From: an uncultured Bacillota bacterium
Lineage (GTDB): Bacteria > Sysuimicrobiota > Sysuimicrobiia > Sysuimicrobiales > Segetimicrobiaceae
Direction of reading: 5' to 3'
NCBI GenBank assembly: GCA_963804645.1
Contig: CAWDRG010000009.1
Span: 1 to 64,000 of the forward strand
DNA: 64,000 nucleotides
The notes beneath the pieces were generated by a model. The model searched no databases and was not told the DNA's origin. It saw only the letters and a list, made by a program, of their open reading frames with translations. Positions 56,664 through 64,000 of the stretch are shown piece by piece. A program made the position numbers and the translations under genes. Positions within the stretch are counted from its first letter, which is position 1. Every line of letters starts with the position of its first letter.

Positions 56664-57275
56664 ATGCACGAGATCCGGCACGAACGCACCCTGATCCTGA
56701 TTAAACCCGACGGCGTCCAGCGGGCGCTCGTCGGCGAAATCCTGGCCCGCCTGGAGCGGGTTGGCCTCAAGCTCGTCGGCCTCAAGCTCGTGCGCGCCAA
56801 CCGTGCGGTCCTGGAGCGGCACTACGCGGACGACGAGGCGTGGATCCGCACGATCGGCGACAAGACCCGAGAGGCGTTCGAGAGCTACAAGATGGATGTC
56901 ACGCAGATGATGGGGACCGACGACCCACTCAAGATCGGGCGCCAGGTACGCGAGTGGCTGATCGAGTTCATGCAGACCGCCCCGGTCGTGGCGGCGGTCT
57001 TCGAAGGGGTCCACGCCGTCACCGTCACGCGCAAGATCGTCGGGAGCACGCTGCCGGTGTTCGCGGCGCCGGGAACGATTCGCGGAGATTTCTCCGCGGA
57101 CGCGCCGACGGTCGCCAACGCGGCGCGCCGGCCGGTTCGAAACTTGATCCACGCGTCGGGCACCGTCGAGGAAGCGGCCCACGAGATCGGCCTCTGGTTC
57201 ACCCCGGACGAGCTCCACCCCCACCGGCGCGCGGACGAAGGGGCGATGTTCGGAGACGCACCCGCGCACGCGTAG
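56664..57275 (+). CDS. ndk: Nucleoside diphosphate kinase, long form
   Basis: ERTLILIKPDGVQR, PGTIRGDF, NLIHASG. Confidence 0.93.
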   Translation: MHEIRHERTLILIKPDGVQRALVGEILARLERVGLKLVGLKLVRANRAVLERHYADDEAWIRTIGDKTREAFESYKMDVTQMMGTDDPLKIGRQVREWLIEFMQTAPVVAAVFEGVHAVTVTRKIVGSTLPVFAAPGTIRGDFSADAPTVANAARRPVRNLIHASGTVEEAAHEIGLWFTPDELHPHRRADEGAMFGDAPAHA

Positions 57276-57386
57276 GACCGGACTCGAGCCCGGGTCGGCA
57301 TCGTCCTCGTCGGGGCGGCCCTGTACCTGAGCGCGCCTCGCGGGATGGAGTCGTTCGGCTTCGATCCACCACCGCCGGGCCGCCGA

Positions 57387-58160
57387 TTATTCTTTACGCG
57401 CCTCGAACGCGCAGTGTAGCGGGATCTGCGCGATCCACGGGGCCTGGGCGGACCCCGCGGCAAATTCCTCGGTCGGTTCGGGCTCCTCGATCGCCGTCAC
57501 GACGAACCCCGCCGCGCCAAGCGTGCGCACGTACCAGGAGAGAGGCCGGTGGTAGATCGCCGTGTGCAGGATTTGCCCGGACGGACCGCGCCACGGACAC
57601 ACCCGTGCGGCGATTTCCCGATACCGGCTGACCTTGCGCCACACGGTGGTCGCGAAGTCCACCGTCTCCACCACCCACGCCGAGGCGTTGGGCACGTCGA
57701 AACACGGATGGGGAATCGTCGCGACGAACCGGCCGCCGGTCCGCAGCACCCGGCCGGCCTCCCGGATCGCGCCGGCCGCGTCTTCGATATCCATCAACGC
57801 CATGTTGCACACCACGACGTCAAACGAGCCGTCCCCGAGCACGTCCAGGCGCGACGCATCCGCCACGTGGTACGCGATTCCGAGCGGGGCGTCCGCCTCG
57901 CGGCGCAGCGCCAGCGCGATAATCGGGGCGGACGCATCCACGGCCGTCACGCGGGCTCCCATTCGCGCGAACCGGCGCGCGAGATACCCGTTGCCGCAGG
58001 CCACGTCCAGCACGCGCAGCCCGGTCACGGAGCCGACCAGGCGGAGCAGCGGCGGGTCGATCAGCGATCGATGCCAGAGATCACCCTCGTCGCCCTGCTT
58101 CTCGTCGTACCAGCCCGCGATGTCTTCCCACCCCGTCGTGGTCACGGCGGCCGCCTCCAT
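57387..58160 (-). CDS. Class I SAM-dependent methyltransferase
   Basis: VLDVACGNG, FDVVVCNMALMD, HPCF, YHRPLS.Y. Confidence 0.9.
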   Translation of the reverse strand: MEAAAVTTTGWEDIAGWYDEKQGDEGDLWHRSLIDPPLLRLVGSVTGLRVLDVACGNGYLARRFARMGARVTAVDASAPIIALALRREADAPLGIAYHVADASRLDVLGDGSFDVVVCNMALMDIEDAAGAIREAGRVLRTGGRFVATIPHPCFDVPNASAWVVETVDFATTVWRKVSRYREIAARVCPWRGPSGQILHTAIYHRPLSWYVRTLGAAGFVVTAIEEPEPTEEFAAGSAQAPWIAQIPLHCAFEARKE

Positions 58161-58314
58161 CCCGTCAAGTGAACTCCGCGCCTATTTTTGCGCGGCGGCG
58201 CGCCGGTTCCTCGTGGCGCGGCCCCGGTTCGCCCGCCGGCTCCGGAGCGTCTCACGAGCGCGGCCCGACGCGCACGCTCAAGGGGCGGTACGACGGGCTG
58301 TCGAAGGACCTCCT

Positions 58315-59559
58315 GTGAATCGACGGGTCCTGGCCGCGCTCAGTTACGCTCATTTCGCCACCGATCTTCCGCAGGGCGCGGTTCCCGCGCTCCTCCCGGT
58401 GTTTCAAGCGCAGTACCATCTCTCGTACGTGCAGCTCGGGTTCATCGTGCTGCTCTCGAACATCAGCTCGTCCGTCATTCAACCGGCGTTCGGCGTCATC
58501 AGCGACCGCGTCAGCATCGCGTGGATGATGCCGGTCGGCACTCTCGTCGCCGGCATCGGGATGCTGATGACGGTGCTCACGCACTCCTATGCGGTGCTGA
58601 TCGCGATGATCTTCGTCGCGGGGGTCGGCGTCGCGGCGTTCCACCCGGAGGGATACAAACTCGCCGGGCTCGCGAGCCAGCAGCGGCGGGCGACCGGCAT
58701 GTCCTATTTCTCGGTCGGGGGAAACGTCGGCATCGGCCTGGGCCCGGCCGCGGTGAGCATCGCCGTGGCGACCTATGGCGCGTTAGGATTTTCCTATATC
58801 ATCCCGATCTCTGTCGCGGCGGCGGTCGTGCTCTGGTTCATGGTCCTCCCATGGGCGGCGGCGCAGCCCCGCGTCCAGTTCCGCGCGCCGGCGGCGGCCG
58901 GGGGCCGCGTCGCCGCATCCGCGTCGATCGCCACCGGCGCCGTCGCGGCCCTCGTGCTGCTCGTCGGGTACGTGGTCCTGCGCTCGTGGGTCTCGACCGG
59001 CACGTCCAATTTCATCCCGCTGTATTTCACGGGCGTCCGGCACCTCACTCCGACGTACGGCGGCATCGTCGCCAGTGTCTTCCTCGGAGCCGGGGCCATC
59101 GGCACGCTGCTCGGCGGCATCGCCGCCGATCGGTGGGGACACCGGGCCATGCTCATCGCGTCGATGGCGATCCTGCCCCCGTTTTTGTGGTTGATCCCGC
59201 ACGGGACCGGGGTGTGGCCGATCGTCGGCTCGGTGATCGGGGGCATGGCGGCGGTCAGCAGCTTTGCCGTGGCCATGGTGATGGCCCAGTCGCTGATCCC
59301 CCACCGGATCGGCCTGACGTCGGGGCTCGTCATCGGGTTCGCGGTCGGCACCGGCGGCATCGGCGCCACCGCCCTCGGCGCGGTCGCGGACCGCTGGGGC
59401 GTGGTCTCGGCGATGAACGTGACCGCGCTGCTGCCGCTGGCCGCCCTGGCGGTCGCGCTCTTCCTCCCCAAAGATTCGGCGTCGCTTCGGAACCCGGACC
59501 GCGGCGCAGCACGTACCTCTAGCAGCGGCGGGGAATCGCAAGCGGGAGGCGATGCATGA
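58315..59559 (+). CDS. MFS transporter (Fsr-like)
   Basis: HF.TD..QG, QPAFG..SDR, AFHPEG, GGNVG; ~12 TMs. Confidence 0.9.
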   Translation: MNRRVLAALSYAHFATDLPQGAVPALLPVFQAQYHLSYVQLGFIVLLSNISSSVIQPAFGVISDRVSIAWMMPVGTLVAGIGMLMTVLTHSYAVLIAMIFVAGVGVAAFHPEGYKLAGLASQQRRATGMSYFSVGGNVGIGLGPAAVSIAVATYGALGFSYIIPISVAAAVVLWFMVLPWAAAQPRVQFRAPAAAGGRVAASASIATGAVAALVLLVGYVVLRSWVSTGTSNFIPLYFTGVRHLTPTYGGIVASVFLGAGAIGTLLGGIAADRWGHRAMLIASMAILPPFLWLIPHGTGVWPIVGSVIGGMAAVSSFAVAMVMAQSLIPHRIGLTSGLVIGFAVGTGGIGATALGAVADRWGVVSAMNVTALLPLAALAVALFLPKDSASLRNPDRGAARTSSSGGESQAGGDA

Positions 59560-60470
59560 CGATCAACCCATTCGACGGCACGCCGAGGCGGCTCGGCCGG
59601 CGGGCGATGCTGCGCCAATGGTGCGCGCTCGCCGCGGCCGCATCCCCCCTCACCGCGGGGATACTCGCCAAGGCCGCCTGGGGCGCCCCGGCCCCCGCCC
59701 CGCCCCCCGGCCCGCCCGGCTCGCCGCCCGACAAGACCACGCCGGGCGGCGTGACGGTCCCACCGACCGATCCCGCGATCTCGGCGCAGGCGGTGCAGTA
59801 CCCCGGCGGGGTCATCGCCACCGAGCTCGGCTACCTGTCGGCGCCCTCGGGCGGGCAGGTCTATCCCGGCATCATCGTGATCCATGACGCGATCGGCCTG
59901 ACGGAGCACAACCGCGACATCACCCGGCGGTTGGCCCGCAACGGATACGTCGCCCTCGCGCCGGATCTGCTGTCGGGGGTCGGCGGCACCGGGAAGTTCA
60001 GCACCCCGGCCGACGCCCTGACCGCGATGCAGACTGTCTCCCAATTCGACTTGATGAGCCAACTCAACGTCTCGGTCCGGTATCTCGAGGCGCAGCCGCT
60101 CGTCCAGAAGACGCGAATCGGGGTCCTCGGGTTCGGCCTGGGCGGCAACCTCGCCTGGGAGCTCCTCGGCAGCAACGCGGACATCAAGGTCGCGGTCATC
60201 TTCGACGCGGAGGCCCCCGACCCAGGGGTCGCCACGCAGATCTCCACACCGATCCTGGTGATCGACGGCGAAACGGATACCGGGAATACCGACGGCCTCA
60301 AGCAGCTGGACGACGCGATGAAGGCGGCCGGCAACCCCTGGCAGTCGAAGATCGAGCCGAAGGCCGGCCGCGCGTTCTTTGACGACTCCCGCACGCCCTA
60401 CGTCGCCGACGCGGCCAAGGACGCGTGGAAGCTGACGGTGGCGTGGTTCGACAAGTACCTGCGCGGCTGA
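59556..60470 (+). CDS. Tat-exported dienelactone hydrolase-family protein with degenerate active site
   Basis: GRRAML signal; VIHD..GL, GYVALAPDL, GVLGFGLGG, AGRAF, AW. Confidence 0.85.
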   Translation: MTINPFDGTPRRLGRRAMLRQWCALAAAASPLTAGILAKAAWGAPAPAPPPGPPGSPPDKTTPGGVTVPPTDPAISAQAVQYPGGVIATELGYLSAPSGGQVYPGIIVIHDAIGLTEHNRDITRRLARNGYVALAPDLLSGVGGTGKFSTPADALTAMQTVSQFDLMSQLNVSVRYLEAQPLVQKTRIGVLGFGLGGNLAWELLGSNADIKVAVIFDAEAPDPGVATQISTPILVIDGETDTGNTDGLKQLDDAMKAAGNPWQSKIEPKAGRAFFDDSRTPYVADAAKDAWKLTVAWFDKYLRG

Positions 60471-60508
60471 GACCGATCAGAGGACGGCACGCAGCACGGG
60501 GGGAAGCC

Positions 60509-61666
60509 GTGAAGATCACCGACGTCCGCATCTATGTAATGGGATCCGCGTGGCGGAACTTCGTCATCGCGCGCGTGCGCACCGACGACGGGCTGGAGGG
60601 GGTCGGCGAAGCGCGCCCGGTCAACCGCGAGGAAGCGGTCGCCGCCTACCTCGAGGCCACCGTGCGGCGCTACGTGCTGGGCAGCGACCCGTTTGAGGTG
60701 GAGGCGCTCGTCCAGCGCGTCACGCGGGACGACTTTGAGATCTCGGGCGCCACCGAGATGACCGCGCTGGCGATCCTCGAGATGGCCTGCTGGGACCTGA
60801 TCGGGAAGGCGGTCGGCCAGCCCGTGTACCGCCTGCTCGGCGGCGCGTGCCGCGGCCGGATCAAAGCCTACGCGAACGGCTGGTATCAGGTGGGACGCAC
60901 CCCGGACGAGTTCGCCGCCGCCGCGCGCCGCGTCGTCGCGCGCGGCTACCGCGCGATGAAGTTCGATCCCTTCGGGCCGGGTGCGGGCGAACTCGAGCGC
61001 GAGGAACGCCTCCGCTCGGTCGCGCTCGTCGAGGCGGTGCGGGACGCTGTCGGGACGGACGTCGAGCTGTTCGTCGAGATGCACGGCCGGTTCACGGCGG
61101 CGCAGGCGGCCGCCCTGGCGCGCGACCTCGAGCGGTTCGCGCCGGGCTGGCTCGAGGAACCGGTGCCGCCGGACCAGCCGGCGGGACTCCGGCACGTCGC
61201 GTCGCAGACCGCGGTGCCGATCGCCGCCGGGGAGCGGCTGCACACGCTCGCGTCCTTCCGGGACCTCCTGGCGCTCGAGGCCGTCGACATCCTGCAGCCG
61301 GACCTGACCCACTGCGGCGGTCTGCTCACCACCAAGAAGATCTCGGCGATGGCGGAGGCGCACGGGCGCCTCGTCGCGCCGCACAACGTGAGCGGGCCGG
61401 TCGGCACCGCCGCGGCGCTGCACCTGGCCGCGTGCATTCCGAACTTCAAGATCCAGGAGTACTTCAACGACTTCACGGAGCCGTTCGTCGCGGACGCCGC
61501 GCGGGGGCTGCCCGCGGTCGTGGACGGCCACTTCCCGCTGCCGCCGGGCCCGGGCCTCGGGGTCGTGCTCAACCTCGACGTGGTCGAGGCGCACCCCTAC
61601 CGGCCGCTGCACTTCAATCTGTTCGCCGACAACTGGCAGCGCCGTCAGGCGACGACGCCCTCATGA
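60509..61666 (+). CDS. Mandelate racemase/galactonate dehydratase-like enolase
   Basis: WDLIGK..GQPVY.LLGG, YANGWY, KFDPFG, EMHGR, EEP, GER, APHN. Confidence 0.9.
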   Translation: MKITDVRIYVMGSAWRNFVIARVRTDDGLEGVGEARPVNREEAVAAYLEATVRRYVLGSDPFEVEALVQRVTRDDFEISGATEMTALAILEMACWDLIGKAVGQPVYRLLGGACRGRIKAYANGWYQVGRTPDEFAAAARRVVARGYRAMKFDPFGPGAGELEREERLRSVALVEAVRDAVGTDVELFVEMHGRFTAAQAAALARDLERFAPGWLEEPVPPDQPAGLRHVASQTAVPIAAGERLHTLASFRDLLALEAVDILQPDLTHCGGLLTTKKISAMAEAHGRLVAPHNVSGPVGTAAALHLAACIPNFKIQEYFNDFTEPFVADAARGLPAVVDGHFPLPPGPGLGVVLNLDVVEAHPYRPLHFNLFADNWQRRQATTPS

Positions 61667-62325
61667 GCGGCACGATGCGCGCGGCCGACGCCCTGACGGC
61701 GATCCTCCGCGAGAAGGTCGTGCCGATCATCCGCACCCACTCGACGGAATGGGCGCTCGAGGTGGCGGAGATCCTGGCGGCGTCGGGGCTCAGCGTCATC
61801 GAGGTCACCTTCACCGTCCCGGACGCGCCCGCGGTGATCCGAACGCTGCGCGAGAAGTTCCCGGAGATCCTGATCGGCGGCGGGACCGTGACCGACGCCG
61901 CGACCGCGCGCACGGCGGTGGAAGCCGGCGCGCAGTTCCTGCTGAGCCCCGCGCTGTCGCCGGAGATGGTGGAGGTCGCCAGGCGGCACGGCGTGCTGGC
62001 CGTGCCCGGGGCCTACACCCCCACCGAGGTGCTCGCGGCGCTCCACGGCGGCGCCGAGCTCGTCAAGATCTTCCCGGCCGAGTCCGGGGGCCCCGCCCAC
62101 ATCCGGGCGATCCTCGGCCCGCTGCCGCACGCGCGGCTCCTCCCCACCGGAGGGGTCCGGCCCGACAATATCGGGGAATGGCTCGGCGCCGGGGCCGCCG
62201 CGGTCGGCATCGGGTCGGCGCTCGTCGGCCCCTCGAACCGGCCGGTCGACGTCGGCGCGGTGCGCGCGCGGGCGGAGACGATCCGGGCCCAAGTCGCCGC
62301 GGCCCAGCGCGGAGGCGCCGCGTGA
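61663..62325 (+). CDS. eda: KDPG/KHG aldolase
   Basis: IEVTF, GGGTV, PGAYTPTE, KIFPA, PTGGV. Confidence 0.9.
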   Translation: MSGTMRAADALTAILREKVVPIIRTHSTEWALEVAEILAASGLSVIEVTFTVPDAPAVIRTLREKFPEILIGGGTVTDAATARTAVEAGAQFLLSPALSPEMVEVARRHGVLAVPGAYTPTEVLAALHGGAELVKIFPAESGGPAHIRAILGPLPHARLLPTGGVRPDNIGEWLGAGAAAVGIGSALVGPSNRPVDVGAVRARAETIRAQVAAAQRGGAA

Positions 62326-63290
62326 GCGCCGCCCGCGTGCCCGCGGTCGTCGGCATCGGCGAAGCGCTCGTCCGCCTCGCGCCGACCGGGAACGAAGTGC
62401 TCGAGACGGCGGCCACCTACGCCGTGCACGTCGGGGGGGCGGAGGGCAACGTCTGCGCCAACCTCGCCGCGCTTGGGGTGCGCACCGCGTGGATCTCCCG
62501 GCTCCCCGCCAACCCGCTCGGCCGCCGTGTCGCGAACACGTTCCGGAGCTATGGGGTCGATACCGACGGCGTGCTCTGGGTGCCGCGCGGGCGCGTCGGG
62601 GTGATGTTCATCCAGCCGGGTGCGGCGCCCCGGGCGGGCGAGATCCTCTACTACCGGCGGGACTCCGCGTTCGCGGAGATCGAGCCGGACGAGGTCGCGT
62701 GGGACGCCCTCGACGGGGCCGCGGTCGTGCACCTGACCGGCATCACCCCGGCGCTCGGCGACGGCCCTCGGCGGCTTGTCGAGCGCGCGATCGCCGAAGC
62801 GCGGCGGCGGGGCGTGAAAATCTCGTTCGACGTCAACTACCGGGCCACGCTGTGGACGCCGGACGCGGCGCGCGCGGTGGTGGAACCGCTGCTGCGGGGC
62901 GTGGACCTCGTGTTCCTCAACGAGCGCGACGCGCGCGGAGTGTTCGGGGCGGACGGCGAGCCGGAGGACATCGCCCGCTCGCTGCGCGACCGGTTCGGCT
63001 GCACCACCCTGGTGCTCACGCTCGGCGAGCGCGGCGCCCTTGCGCACAGCGGCCGTACGACGGCCCGGCACCCGGCACACCGCACCGAGATCGTCGACCG
63101 GGTCGGACGCGGAGACGCCTTCGCCTCGGGATTCCTCTACGCGTATCTGCGCGGAGACGAGGAGGCGGGACCGCGGTACGGCAACGCCCTCGCCGCGCTC
63201 AAGCAGACCTACCCCGGCGACGTTTGCCACGCGACGCTGCCCGACGTGGAGGCCGTGCTCGCCGGACAGTCGGGCGGCTTCCTCCGCTAG
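62322..63290 (+). CDS. kdgK: 2-keto-3-deoxygluconate kinase (PfkB family)
   Basis: IGEALVRL, GGAEGNV, HLTGITPAL, FDVNYR..LW, DRVGRGDAF. Confidence 0.88.
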   Translation: MSAARVPAVVGIGEALVRLAPTGNEVLETAATYAVHVGGAEGNVCANLAALGVRTAWISRLPANPLGRRVANTFRSYGVDTDGVLWVPRGRVGVMFIQPGAAPRAGEILYYRRDSAFAEIEPDEVAWDALDGAAVVHLTGITPALGDGPRRLVERAIAEARRRGVKISFDVNYRATLWTPDAARAVVEPLLRGVDLVFLNERDARGVFGADGEPEDIARSLRDRFGCTTLVLTLGERGALAHSGRTTARHPAHRTEIVDRVGRGDAFASGFLYAYLRGDEEAGPRYGNALAALKQTYPGDVCHATLPDVEAVLAGQSGGFLR

Positions 63291-64000
63291 CGGGACGCTT
63301 GCGCGCGGCCGCCCGCGCGCCCACCGCGAGCGCCGCCAAACACGCCTCGACGCACGCCGCCGCCCGCTGGGCCGCATCCGCAACCGCGTTGTGCGCGCGG
63401 ACGAGATCGACCCGCAGGAACCTTCCGGCGTCGCTGTCGGGTCCAAGCACCGCCAGGCGCGCGACCTCTCGCAGCCGGGGCAGGAACGGGGTCTCGAGCG
63501 CCGGGTCGTGGGCGTACGGACCGGCGGCGGTATACGTCGCCGGCACCAAGATCCGGCCGAGCTCGTGGAGGCAGGCGTTGATCGCCGCGGCCCGAGCCCC
63601 GCCGTCCGCGGCCGCCGCGGCGCGCGCGAGTTTGCCCGCGAGCGTCTCCAAGCGCGAAGCGGCCGCGATCGCCGGCGACAGATCGAGCGCCGATCCCCCC
63701 GTCTTGGCGATCGCCTCGAGGCTCTCTCGGAGGTCGGATCCCGCCGCCGCGTAGTCGAACGGCACCACCGGATCGGTGAGCAGACGCTCGAGCGCCAGCA
63801 CGAAGATCTTCGTGTCGCGCACCAGCCGCGCGGGGTCGACCTTGTCGAGGGTGTCGTACGGGGTGTGCCACCACCACCCCAGGCTGTGGTCCGCCTGCCG
63901 CGAGATCGCGCCGAGGATCGACGGCATGCCAACGCCGAGGAACGATTGGTCGGAGTTGCGCCCGAGGCGGTGGGCGTCGAGCTCCGCGTTGGCGACCTGG
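63199..64000 (-). CDS. M28-family peptidase, C-terminal part (5' end off window)
   Basis: RNSDQSF.GVG.PS and WWWHTPYDTLDKVD motifs. Confidence 0.8.
   Translation of the reverse strand, partial: QVANAELDAHRLGRNSDQSFLGVGMPSILGAISRQADHSLGWWWHTPYDTLDKVDPARLVRDTKIFVLALERLLTDPVVPFDYAAAGSDLRESLEAIAKTGGSALDLSPAIAAASRLETLAGKLARAAAAADGGARAAAINACLHELGRILVPATYTAAGPYAHDPALETPFLPRLREVARLAVLGPDSDAGRFLRVDLVRAHNAVADAAQRAAACVEACLAALAVGARAAARKRPASGGSRPTVRRARPPRRAASRGKRRRGRSA

Noticed and set aside
63199..63290. 92-bp convergent overlap of the M28 peptidase tail with kdgK
   Set aside because: The Arg-rich tail is most simply stop-codon drift in GC-rich DNA; there is no evidence of function.
11264..63932. Many long antisense or alternate-frame ORFs (e.g. 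22100-24196, 33946-36213, 55265-56800, 62013-63932)
   Set aside because: Shadow ORFs typical of high-GC coding DNA: Arg/Pro/Ala-rich, motif-free and overlapping well-supported genes.

Overview
High-GC bacterial chromosome segment. The Gram-positive-type LexA box and several Tat-exported binding proteins suggest a Terrabacteria lineage, but this is inference. The left ~7.6 kb is an accessory region anchored on a minus-strand tRNA-Arg(CCT) at 7516-7591. The 3' 52-55 nt of this tRNA recur at 6376, 5494 and 1419, and possibly in degenerate form at ~3770. These copies divide the DNA into small tandem cassettes: a phosphotransferase; a vapBC pair; a membrane GAF protein plus a serine protease; and a probable tyrosine integrase N-terminus cut by an ISAzo13-family IS. 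The rest is mostly core and metabolic. It includes a UGA-recoded Rdx/SelW-type selenoprotein that the ORF track splits, tRNA-Arg(ACG), tRNA-Ser(GCT), two peptide ABC systems, an Fe/B12-type ABC system, ppa, rbsK, nth, fabI, a short mutY, ggt, ndk, an NRAMP-type Mg transporter with a separate MgtE-N/CBS partner, a NarL-type two-component system and a sugar-acid catabolic operon. Notable unexplained items are: a predicted structured, pseudoknotted non-coding RNA candidate (~30260-30600, minus strand) with its own promoter just downstream of a DnaA-box cluster; a perfect LexA box ahead of an all-in-one phosphatase/anti-sigma/STAS protein; an orphan TorA/BisC C-terminal fragment after tRNA-Ser; and a Tat-exported dienelactone-hydrolase homolog lacking its catalytic Cys and His.
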